Source: Hyalangium minutum
GTDB taxonomy: Bacteria > Myxococcota > Myxococcia > Myxococcales > Myxococcaceae
Assembly: GCF_000737315.1 (NCBI RefSeq)
Contig: NZ_JMCB01000030.1
Span: 1-64,000, forward strand
Direction of reading: 5' to 3'
DNA length: 64,000 nucleotides
Shown here: in pieces, positions 55,892 to 64,000 of the stretch
How the letters are laid out: each line of letters opens with the position of its first letter
Position numbering within the stretch: the first letter of the stretch is position 1
Notes under the pieces: model-generated
What the model saw: only the letters and a program-made list of their open reading frames with translations
Told to the model about the DNA's origin: nothing
Databases searched by the model: none
Position numbers and translations under genes: made by a program

Positions 55892-56673
55892 CGCCCGAGT
55901 GTGACCGCGTGCTGGAGGCCCTGGGCTCGGGGGCGCCGCTGCCGCCAGAGCTGGCGAGCCATGCCGCCACGTGCGCGGACTGCCGCCCTCTCACCGAGGG
56001 CTTCGATGCGCTCGGCGCCGTGCCGCCGGTGGCCACGCCCGAGCTGACGCCCGGGATGGAGGCCGCCCGCCGCAAGACGCTGGAGGAGCTCGGCAAACAA
56101 CCCGTGGCCACGCCGTGGTGGATCGAGCTGCTGACGCTGCTGGCCACCTATGCGGCGGTGATGGTGGGAGGCCTGCTCCTGCTAGGCCGTGAGGGGCTGG
56201 TGCAGAACACGGCCTCTCCGGCGGTGTTGGTGGGGCTAGGGCTTGCCATCCTCTTGATGGTGGCCAGCGGCGCATACATGGCGCTGGCCCCGGCCCGCCG
56301 CCATGTGCCCTGGGTGCTCGTGGCAATGGGAGCCGCGGCCGTGGCTGTTTTCCAGGTGGCGGGCGGCTCCGGCTATGCGACAGCGAAGGGCTTCGTCGCC
56401 GGAGTGCTGGGGTGCATGAGAACCGAGGTGCTCCTGTCCATTCCGCCGCTGGCGCTGGCCCTGGTGCTGCTGTGCCGCTCTGCCTTCCAGCCGGTGCGCG
56501 CCTTCGCCGCCGGGCTGTCCGCGGCTGGCGTGAGCCTCTTCGTCCTGCACCTGCACTGCCCGGATGGAACGGCCGGGCACTTGATGCTGGGCCACCTGGT
56601 GCCCTGGCTGCTGCTCGCGGGCGTGGCGCTCTGGCTGCGCTCCCGCCTGCCCACCCGCAGCTACGCGCCGTGA
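55888..56673 (+). CDS. multi-pass anti-sigma factor (NrsF/DUF1109/CarR-like)
   Basis: HAATCADC, several TM helices, GCM and LHLHCP..HLMLGH; ATGA overlap with the sigma gene. Confidence 0.8.
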   Translation: MTPECDRVLEALGSGAPLPPELASHAATCADCRPLTEGFDALGAVPPVATPELTPGMEAARRKTLEELGKQPVATPWWIELLTLLATYAAVMVGGLLLLGREGLVQNTASPAVLVGLGLAILLMVASGAYMALAPARRHVPWVLVAMGAAAVAVFQVAGGSGYATAKGFVAGVLGCMRTEVLLSIPPLALALVLLCRSAFQPVRAFAAGLSAAGVSLFVLHLHCPDGTAGHLMLGHLVPWLLLAGVALWLRSRLPTRSYAP

Positions 56674-56718
56674 GCCGAGGCGTGTAACCCGCCCGCCCCA
56701 GCGGCCGTACCAGCGGGC

Positions 56719-57450
56719 ATGAACGCCGTCCTCTTCGCCCTGCCCCTGATCCTCAGCGCCGCTCCGGCGCGCACACCCGTGCTGGTGGAGCTGTTCACCT
56801 CCGAGGGCTGCTCGAGCTGCCCGTCCGCCGACAATGCGCTGGCGCGGCTGGCGCAGAAGCAGCCCGTGGAGGGCGTGGAGCTCATCGCCCTGGGCTTCCA
56901 CGTGGACTACTGGGACTACCTCGGGTGGAAGGATCCGTACTCCTCGGGCGAGTACAGCGAGCGGCAGCGGCGCTACGTGCTCGATGGGGACGACAACCGC
57001 ATGTACACGCCGCAGATGGTGGTGGATGGGCAGCGCGCGTTCGTTGGCGGAGAGGATGAGGCCCGCACTCAGGCGGCTGCGGCCGCGCAGCGCCCAAAGG
57101 TGCCCCTGCGCCTTACCGCCCGCGTGGAGGGAGAAACCGTGGTGGTGCGCGTCCGGACGGAGGCCGCGCCCGCGCCCGGACTGGAGCTGTGGGCGGCGCT
57201 CGCCGAGGAGGGGCTCTCCTCGGACGTGAAGCGGGGGGAGAACGCGGGGAAGAAGCTCTCGCACGCGGCGGTGGTGCGGACGCTGGCGACGCTGCCACCC
57301 GCGAAGGCCTCGGAGGGCAGCTTCGTCTCGGAGGCCCGGCTGAAGCTGGCGGCGGGCTGGAAGCGGGACAAGCTGCGCGTGGTGGCGGTGCTGCAGGCCC
57401 CCGGCGGGCCGGTGAGCGGCGTGGCCTCGGTGGAGCCTGCAGCGAAGTAG
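56719..57450 (+). CDS. DUF1223 thioredoxin-like exported protein
   Basis: VELFTSEGCSSCPSAD, FHVDYWDYLGWKD, YTPQMVVDG. Confidence 0.9.
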   Translation: MNAVLFALPLILSAAPARTPVLVELFTSEGCSSCPSADNALARLAQKQPVEGVELIALGFHVDYWDYLGWKDPYSSGEYSERQRRYVLDGDDNRMYTPQMVVDGQRAFVGGEDEARTQAAAAAQRPKVPLRLTARVEGETVVVRVRTEAAPAPGLELWAALAEEGLSSDVKRGENAGKKLSHAAVVRTLATLPPAKASEGSFVSEARLKLAAGWKRDKLRVVAVLQAPGGPVSGVASVEPAAK

Positions 57451-57460
57451 CGGCGGAGGA

Positions 57461-57898
57461 CTACAGCTCTCCGAGGGCCTGCTGAGGGAACGCTCGCGCG
57501 TCCACCTTCGGGTAGTACGCCTTCACCTTCCCGTCCGGCCCGATGATGACGCCCACCCGGCGTGCATTGGCAGCCTGGAGCTCATCACACGCGCCGTAGG
57601 CGAAGCCCACCTTGCGGTCGGTGTCGCACAGCAGCGGGAAGTTGAACACGAACTTCTCGGAGAAGGCCTTGTTCTCCTCGGCGGTATCGAAGCTGATGCC
57701 CAGAATCACCGCGTTCTTCTTGCTGTACTGGTCCCTCTGGTCGCGGAATCCGCAACCTTCGGCCGTGCACCCCGGGGTGTCCGCCTTCGGGTAGAACCAG
57801 AGCACCACCGACTTTCCCCGGTACTCGGACAGCGTATGTGTCCGGCCGGTGTGGTCCTTGACGGTGAAGTCAGGGGCCACGTCTCCTGGCTTGAGCAT
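57461..57898 (-). CDS. bcp: peroxiredoxin Bcp/PrxQ
   Basis: [19 protein letters not shown]. Confidence 0.92.
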   Translation of the reverse strand: MLKPGDVAPDFTVKDHTGRTHTLSEYRGKSVVLWFYPKADTPGCTAEGCGFRDQRDQYSKKNAVILGISFDTAEENKAFSEKFVFNFPLLCDTDRKVGFAYGACDELQAANARRVGVIIGPDGKVKAYYPKVDARAFPQQALGEL

Positions 57899-57950
57899 GG
57901 AGCCTCCTTGCGGCTCCGGTCCTAGCACGCCGGGGTGCCCGGCGTCCTCA

Positions 57951-59072
57951 TTACGCCACCTGCTCCTGCGCCCCCAGGGACGTCCTCCGAGCTGCGGTGA
58001 AGCCCAGCACCGCCTCTACCTGCAATGCACGGTGTGAGTACGTGTGCTCGGCCAGGACGCGCCGCCGGGCCGCCTCGCCGATGCACCGGGCCTGCTCCGC
58101 GTTCAGCTCGCTGAGCAGCTCCGCCACCCCGGCGCCATGGTGCGCCACCAGCACCTCGTACCCGGGCTCGAGGAACATCTCGATGCCCTCCCACGCGTCG
58201 GTGATGAGGCAGGCCGCCGCGCCCGCCGCCTCGAAGACGCGCATGGCGGGAGAGAAGCCAAAGCGGGTCATGCTCTCGCGGCTGATGTTCAGCACCGCGC
58301 GGGGCGTGCAGTTCAGCGCGTTGTGGTCCGGCGTGTAGACGTGCCCCAGGTACCTCACATTGGACGGCAGCGGACGATCGCCCCACCCGCTCCCACCCAG
58401 GAGGAAGCGCTGCTGGGGCAGCAGCTTCGCGGCCGTCAGGAAGAAGTCCTCCACGCGGGCCTCGCGATCCGGCAGCCGGTTGCCCAGGAAGGCCAGGTCC
58501 CCCACGAAGCGCGGGTGCCGCGCCACCGGGTGGTGAGTGGAGGGGTCCAGCGCGTTGTAGATGGGCACGCACTGGCGCGCGCCCAGCGCCCGGTAGGCCT
58601 GCACCACCGGCTCGCCCCCGCCGTAGGTGAGGATGTGGTCATAGTGGGGGATGAGGGCGCGGAACGGATCCCCCGGGTTCTTCCTCATGCGCTCCAGCGT
58701 GGTGGACGCGTCCACGTCCCAGAACACCACCTGCGTGTCCGGTCCCCGCAGGTCCAGCACGCGGGCCTCCAGCAGCGCGTCGAAGACTCCCACGCCGCTG
58801 GCCTTCACCACCACGTCCGAGCCCCGGGCGCTCTCCAGGCAGCGCTCGACGGCCTCGGTGCCCTCGGCCGGGTACACCACCACGCGCGCCCAGGGTGGAT
58901 CCGCGATGTCCCGGTGCTTCTGGCGCTCGTAGGCATCCGGCTCGTAGAAGGTGACTTGGTGGCCGCGGGAGTGGAGCGCGCGGATGATGCCCCGGTAGTA
59001 GGTGGCCGCGGCGTTCCAGTAGGCGGAGACGAGGCTCGAGCCAAAGAAAGCAATGCGAAGACCCTTGCTCAT
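57951..59072 (-). CDS. CgeB/DUF3880-family glycosyltransferase
   Basis: [33 protein letters not shown]. Confidence 0.88.
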   Translation of the reverse strand: MSKGLRIAFFGSSLVSAYWNAAATYYRGIIRALHSRGHQVTFYEPDAYERQKHRDIADPPWARVVVYPAEGTEAVERCLESARGSDVVVKASGVGVFDALLEARVLDLRGPDTQVVFWDVDASTTLERMRKNPGDPFRALIPHYDHILTYGGGEPVVQAYRALGARQCVPIYNALDPSTHHPVARHPRFVGDLAFLGNRLPDREARVEDFFLTAAKLLPQQRFLLGGSGWGDRPLPSNVRYLGHVYTPDHNALNCTPRAVLNISRESMTRFGFSPAMRVFEAAGAAACLITDAWEGIEMFLEPGYEVLVAHHGAGVAELLSELNAEQARCIGEAARRRVLAEHTYSHRALQVEAVLGFTAARRTSLGAQEQVA

Positions 59073-60208
59073 GCGGTGACCCTTTCCTGTGCCAGCGGTT
59101 GCGCCGCCCGGGTGTCCAGCCCCAGCTCGCGGCAGATGATCAGCAGCTCATCTACACGGTGTGTGCAGGTGTGGCGCGCCAGCACCCTGCGCCGCCCCTG
59201 CGTGGCAAGCTCGCGGCGCAGCGGCTCATCCGCCAGCAGCATGCGCAGCGTCCGCTGCATCTCCTCGCCCGTCCGCGCGACGAGGAAGTCCCGGCCTGGC
59301 TTGAACAGCCCCTCCGCGTCCCACCACGGCGCGCTCACCAGGGGGATGCCACAGGCCAGCGCCTCGAACACCCGAATCGTGGGGATGCCCGGCAGTGCCT
59401 CCACATAGGGCCTGCGAGGCACGTGCACGGTGACGCGCGCGCGGGCGAACGCCAGGGGCGCCTCGTGGTTGGGCAGCCAACCCGCGTAGGTGATGCCCGC
59501 GTCCTTCAGCGCCTTGCGCGCCGAGTCCGGGTAGCGGACCCCGTGCACCCGGGCCTTGAGGCCCAGCGCCTTCACCGGGCCTAGCAGGAACTCGTGCAGG
59601 TCCGCGGTCCGCTCCTCATCTCCCCAATTGCCGCTCCAGACCAGGTCCTCCTGAGGGACCACGAACGTCAGCGGCCTGAAGGCGCGGGTGTCCGCCGCCT
59701 CGTGCCACGTCCAGGCGCGGTGCGACCACCCCCGAGCAACATAGAGCTGGCGGATGACCTCACCGAAGGCCAGCACGCCGTCATAATGCTTCAGCTCGTA
59801 CCGGGCCAACTCCTGGGGAGCGGTGACGCTCCGGTGGTGCGTGTCGTGGAAGAGCAGCCGGAAGCGCCCGCCCCCCGCGCGCAGCTCGCCCAGGCGCTGA
59901 ACCAGCTCCGGCGTGCTCCACTCGTGGACAATCACCAGATCCGCGCCGTCCACCGCGCTCTCCAGATCCAAGGTGTCCAGCGTGTACCGGTGCGGAGTGA
60001 CGCGCGGGTAGAGCTCCTTCACCGCCTCCAGCGCCTCCGGCCCCCGCGGCTCGGCCAGCAGGTTCCGCAAGCTCCAGGCCTCGTACGGCTCGTAGACGTG
60101 GACATCGTGGCCACGCTCACTCAGCTCCGTGACGATGCCTCGCAGGAAGTGGGCATGCCCGTGGTTCCAGTCGGACAGCAGCGAGTGGCAGAAGAAGAGG
60201 ACTCTCAT
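59069..60208 (-). CDS. CgeB/DUF3880-family glycosyltransferase
   Basis: SDWNHGHAHFLRG, HDTHHR, IRVFEALACG. Confidence 0.88.
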   Translation of the reverse strand: MRVLFFCHSLLSDWNHGHAHFLRGIVTELSERGHDVHVYEPYEAWSLRNLLAEPRGPEALEAVKELYPRVTPHRYTLDTLDLESAVDGADLVIVHEWSTPELVQRLGELRAGGGRFRLLFHDTHHRSVTAPQELARYELKHYDGVLAFGEVIRQLYVARGWSHRAWTWHEAADTRAFRPLTFVVPQEDLVWSGNWGDEERTADLHEFLLGPVKALGLKARVHGVRYPDSARKALKDAGITYAGWLPNHEAPLAFARARVTVHVPRRPYVEALPGIPTIRVFEALACGIPLVSAPWWDAEGLFKPGRDFLVARTGEEMQRTLRMLLADEPLRRELATQGRRRVLARHTCTHRVDELLIICRELGLDTRAAQPLAQERVTA

Positions 60209-60217
60209 GAGGGGAGC

Positions 60218-61381
60218 TCACAAGGTGGGCTGCCGCCGCGAGGACGGCTCGGGTTGAACGGGATGGCCTCTGCGCATCCGCACGAGCGAGGCGTAGGCAG
60301 CGAGGTAGTTGGCGCACATGCGTGCCGGGCCGTACTCGAGCGCCCGGACCCGCGCACACGCGGCCAGCCGAGCCAGCCGCCCGGGCTCACAGCGGAGGCA
60401 CTCCAGCGCCTCCGTCAGCGCCTCCACGTCCGTCGGAGAGATGAAGATCGCCGCGTCATCCCCCCACACCTCACGCAGGCTGGGAATGTCCCCCAGCACC
60501 AGGGCACAGCCCGCGAGCGCGGCCTCCAGCACGGAGAGGCCAAAGGGCTCGTACCGCGCCGGGAGCGCATAGATGGCTGCACGCCCCATCCACCCGGCCA
60601 GCTCCTGAGGCGAGAGCCACCCCAGTGCCTCCACCCGGCGGGGGTGGCTCCCCTCTTCGCGAGGGGGGAGCTGGGTCTCCCCGGCCACCTTCACCGGCCA
60701 GCGCAGCCGGGGCGCCGCGGCCTCCAGCGCGGCCACGTTCTTCGCCTCGTCCCACAGCCGGCCAGCGGTGAGGATGAAGGGCTCCCGACGGGCGCGCGGC
60801 GGAAAGCCGTCGGGGCGCCGGGCGTTGACGATGACCTCGGCCTCCGGCAGCGGGCCATAGTGCTCGCGGAGCGCCCCCAGCATCGCCCGCGTTGGAGCCA
60901 CCACCTTGCCCGCGGCCCGGAGCCCCCGGGCCACCTCGGCCTGGTAGCGCCTGTACCGCTCGGGCGCGTCCTCCCCTCTCACTGCCCGCCACCAGGAGAG
61001 CACGCACGAGTGCCCCACCATGAGTGTGGGGCTGCTCCAGGGCAGCGCCCCGTGGCAGTAGCCGTTGAGGTGCACCACGTCCGGCCGCACCCGCGCCTCC
61101 AGTCCGAGCAGCCACTCGCCCGCGGCCTTCACGTCCGCCCACGGCTCGTCCATCCACTCGAGCTGAAAGGTGCTCTGCTCGACGCGCAGGTTCGGCAGGG
61201 CGCGCGCCTCGTGCCACTGGCCGGGCGTCAGCGGCGCGCCCAGGGTCGCCAGTGTCACCTCCACCCCCGGGGCCGCGAGGGCCCGGGTGAGCTCCAGCGC
61301 ATAGGTCCAGACACCGCCGGTCGTCTCGGCGGTCATCAACACCCGGCGCACGCCCGATCGGGACGCAGCTTTAGCCAACAT
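60218..61381 (-). CDS. GT4 glycosyltransferase
   Basis: GGVWTY, EPFGLSVLEAA. Confidence 0.9.
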   Translation of the reverse strand: MLAKAASRSGVRRVLMTAETTGGVWTYALELTRALAAPGVEVTLATLGAPLTPGQWHEARALPNLRVEQSTFQLEWMDEPWADVKAAGEWLLGLEARVRPDVVHLNGYCHGALPWSSPTLMVGHSCVLSWWRAVRGEDAPERYRRYQAEVARGLRAAGKVVAPTRAMLGALREHYGPLPEAEVIVNARRPDGFPPRARREPFILTAGRLWDEAKNVAALEAAAPRLRWPVKVAGETQLPPREEGSHPRRVEALGWLSPQELAGWMGRAAIYALPARYEPFGLSVLEAALAGCALVLGDIPSLREVWGDDAAIFISPTDVEALTEALECLRCEPGRLARLAACARVRALEYGPARMCANYLAAYASLVRMRRGHPVQPEPSSRRQPTL

Positions 61382-61447
61382 GGGACTCCACGGGCTCTGG
61401 AAGGAGGACGAAGAGAGGGGGGATGGCCACCTGACGTGCGGTGGGCC

Positions 61448-62569
61448 TCATACCGTCAGCCCCCGTGCCTCGAGCTCCGCCTGGGCCTGAGCCACGCGAT
61501 CGTGCGCCACCTGGCCTCGCAGCCACCCGGCCAGCTCCATGAGCCCCTGGTGGAAGGAGACCTGCGGCGAGTACCCCAGCACCTTGCGCGCCAGCGAGAT
61601 GTCCGCGATGCAGTGGCGCGCGTCGCCCACCCGGTACTTGCCGGTGATTTCGGGCCGGAGGTGCGGCTTGCCCATCAGCTCGGCGATGGCCGCCGCCGCT
61701 TCCCGCACCGTGATGGACTGCCCGCTGCCGATGTTGAAGACGCCGCCCACGGCCTCGGGCACCTCCAGCGCCAGCCGGCACGCCCGCGCCACGTCATGCA
61801 CGCTGACGAAGTCCCGCTGCTGCAGCCCGTCCTCGAAGATGAGCGGCCGGTTTCCGTTCAGCAGCCGCGAGGCGAAGATGGCCAACACGCCCGCGTAGGG
61901 GTTGGAGAGCGCCTGCCGGGGCCCGTAGACGTTGAAGAGGCGCAGCACCACCGTGGGGATGCCGTAGGCCTTCCCCACCATGAGGCACAGCCGCTCCTGG
62001 TCGTACTTAGAGAGCGCGTACACCGAGGAGAGAGAGAGCGCCTTGACCTCCGGCGTGGGCACCGGCATCAGCACCTGGCCCGTCGCGTCCCGCACCTCCC
62101 ACTGGCCCGCCTGGAGCTGCTCGCGCGTGCGCTCCTGGCCCGTCGTCAGCCGCCCCGCGGGGCCGGTGAAGAGTCCCTCGCCGTACACGCTCATGCTCGA
62201 GGCCACCACCAGCCGCTGCACCGGCTTCTGGCTGAGCGCCTCCAGCAGCACCGCCGTCCCCAGGTTGTTCACCGAGGTGCAGTGGGCAATCTCGTACATG
62301 CTCTGGCCCACGCCCACCGCGGCTGCGAAGTGGTACACGGCGTCCACGCCCTCGAGTGCGTGCCGCACCGCCTTCCCGTCCCGCACATCCCCCACATGCA
62401 ACTCCACCTCTGGGTGGAGATAGGCCGGGCGCTGGCGGCCCTCCCCGTGCACCTGCGGCAGCAGACAGTCGAGTACGCGGACCCGGTGCCCCTGCGCCAT
62501 GAGCTGCTCGGCCACGTGCGAGCCGATGAAGCCCGCACCGCCGGTCACCAGGATGAGCTTGCTCTTCAT
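61448..62569 (-). CDS. NAD-dependent epimerase/dehydratase
   Basis: TGGAGFIGSH, ASSMSVYG, YALSK, RDFVSVHD. Confidence 0.93.
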   Translation of the reverse strand: MKSKLILVTGGAGFIGSHVAEQLMAQGHRVRVLDCLLPQVHGEGRQRPAYLHPEVELHVGDVRDGKAVRHALEGVDAVYHFAAAVGVGQSMYEIAHCTSVNNLGTAVLLEALSQKPVQRLVVASSMSVYGEGLFTGPAGRLTTGQERTREQLQAGQWEVRDATGQVLMPVPTPEVKALSLSSVYALSKYDQERLCLMVGKAYGIPTVVLRLFNVYGPRQALSNPYAGVLAIFASRLLNGNRPLIFEDGLQQRDFVSVHDVARACRLALEVPEAVGGVFNIGSGQSITVREAAAAIAELMGKPHLRPEITGKYRVGDARHCIADISLARKVLGYSPQVSFHQGLMELAGWLRGQVAHDRVAQAQAELEARGLTV

Positions 62570-63047
62570 TGCGCCTCCGACACCGTCATGCCCTGTGTAA
62601 GCCCCTCTCCCACTTGCATCAGGGGAAGAAGAGGGCACCCGCCGCGGCCAATTCACCGAGCCACCGTGGTCTTGCCTGCGGTCCACGCTTTCGGGGGCGA
62701 ACCTAGGCAGGTCCAAATCGTGCGGGTAGTGGCGGATCGCCTGCTTGTGCCGCCGTACGAGACCTTTGCTGGGAATCGAGCAAGCTCTCGAAAAGAATAA
62801 GGATTTCACCCTGGGGGGCATCGCCCCTGGGTCGTATGGAGCGGGCCCAAGGGACGTGTTGGGTCGCGCGTCCACAACCTACCTCACAGGTCGATCAGGG
62901 CGGACTGCCTCACCTGTGGCGAATTGCAACGGCCCTTCAGGATTGCATCCCCTCTTCAAACCCCACGCAGGCGCGCAGAATCTGCGGATCCCCGGGGTAG
63001 GACGCAGGAATTGCGCGCTCCCGGCCCTGGGAGGCCTTCTGTTCACT

Positions 63048-63064
63048 TGGGAACACGGCTTGCA
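63048..63064 (+). promoter_or_regulatory. sigma54-like -24/-12 element
   Basis: TGGGAACACGGCTTGCA, GG-N10-GC, about 30 nt upstream of the start codon. Confidence 0.4.
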
Positions 63065-63093
63065 GTGCTGATGGCCCGAAAGGGAACCCCACC

Positions 63094-63753
63094 GTGAACG
63101 AGCCCAGCATTGCCATTCTGTCGGATCAAAACCTGTTTCGAGAGGGCGTGGTCCAGCTCCTCCGGTCTCAGGGATTTCAGCAGATTAGCGAGTACCAGTC
63201 GGCCGCCGAGCTCCAGCGGGAGGTGCACAACCCGCCGCAGCTGGTGCTGGTCGACATGGATCACCGCACGGATGATCCCCTCGCGCTGGTGAGGGAGCTG
63301 CGTTGCAAAACGCCACACGCCACCGTGGTCATCATGGGCGCGGTGCAACAGCGGGCCGCGTTCCCGGGCACTGGGCCTACGCCGGTAGAGCGGCCCGAGG
63401 CGGCCCCCCAGGCCCTGCGCGCCGCGGTGAGCCTGGCGCAGGCAGCCCAGGAGTCGAACACCCCAGAGCAGCCGTCGGCCGAGGCACAGAACCAGCAGCG
63501 GCTCTGGGCGATGATGACGCCCCGGCAGCGGGACGTGCTGGGCTACCTGTCCACCGGCTCGGACAACCTGAAGATCGCCGCGAACCTCGGCATCTCCGAG
63601 CGGGCGGTGAAGGCGCACGTGTCCGCGCTGCTCTCGCTGTTCAGCGCGGAGAACCGGACCGAGCTGGCCGTGCTCGCGTGCCGCGCGGGGCTCCGCCCGC
63701 CTCTCCGCAGCCTGCCACGCAACCAGAACATGCCGCAGGCTCGGGCCGGCTGA
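63094..63753 (+). CDS. NarL/LuxR-family response regulator
   Basis: ILSDQNLFREG, VLVDMD; TPRQRDVLGYL..G.DN..IA..L.ISERAVKAHVS. Confidence 0.88.
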   Translation: MNEPSIAILSDQNLFREGVVQLLRSQGFQQISEYQSAAELQREVHNPPQLVLVDMDHRTDDPLALVRELRCKTPHATVVIMGAVQQRAAFPGTGPTPVERPEAAPQALRAAVSLAQAAQESNTPEQPSAEAQNQQRLWAMMTPRQRDVLGYLSTGSDNLKIAANLGISERAVKAHVSALLSLFSAENRTELAVLACRAGLRPPLRSLPRNQNMPQARAG

Positions 63754-63914
63754 GGCGCCTGCCCCGCCTCCCTTGAGTGGGCGCCCGTGCGACATGCCCC
63801 TGGGTGCGTAACACCTCTGAGTTTCGCGCACTCATACTGCGAGCTGGCAGAAGCGTGACACAGCCATGCGCCGGCGGACCCGCCTGGGCCGGCCAGAGCT
63901 GGGGGGGAAGCACC

Positions 63915-64000
63915 ATGGAAGCAAGTGCCGTGGGGGGCTCGCGCCTCCCGGAAGAGCTGTATTCGAACACCTCGGCCGAGCTCATCGCCACCGAGCTGCA
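63915..64000 (+). CDS. 5' end of a probable CDS truncated by the window edge
   Basis: ATG after a G-rich RBS; open to the end (MEASAVGGSRLPEELYSNTSAELIATEL). Confidence 0.35.
   Translation, partial: MEASAVGGSRLPEELYSNTSAELIATEL

Noticed and set aside
57461-57898. Selenocysteine in Bcp
   Set aside because: The peroxidatic codon is TGC and there is no in-frame TGA
63641-63991. 116-aa minus-strand ORF
   Set aside because: No motifs, overlaps the LuxR gene, and conflicts with a more plausible plus-strand start at 63915

Overview
High-GC window whose gene content (rpe, pyk, dusB, rmuC, tRNA-Pro(CGG), orphan receivers, ECF/anti-sigma pairs, DGG-repeat lipoproteins) suggests a myxobacterium (inference). 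Core genes alternate with accessory modules: (1) ECF sigma/anti-sigma divergent from an exported caspase-like protease with Ig lipoproteins and an outer-membrane barrel; (2) an XPB-like helicase plus DUF790/Bax1 pair next to rmuC; (3) the strongest candidate for an undescribed system, a minus-strand unit at 12.4-16.6 kb. Two tandem ~133-nt RNAs each fold into a Y-RNA-like terminal stem enclosing a circularly permuted tRNA mimic, one keeping a full Arg(UCG) anticodon arm. They precede a helical+vWA (Ro60-like architecture) protein, a Cys-motif protein, a JAB protease and a minimal ThiF/E1, with no ubiquitin-like gene; (4) an AAC(3)-IV-like acetyltransferase and an MnxG-type multicopper oxidase operon 3' of tRNA-Pro; (5) a TOMM/RiPP cluster (NHLP-like precursor, kinase/pseudo-cyclase/ATPase/TPR fusion, BBE-like oxidase, YcaO fusion, amidohydrolase); (6) a CarQ/CarR-like ECF pair with redox genes and a CgeB-type glycosyltransferase operon. 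No CRISPR array, rRNA, integrase or transposase was seen. All family calls come from motif recognition by eye, with no database searches.
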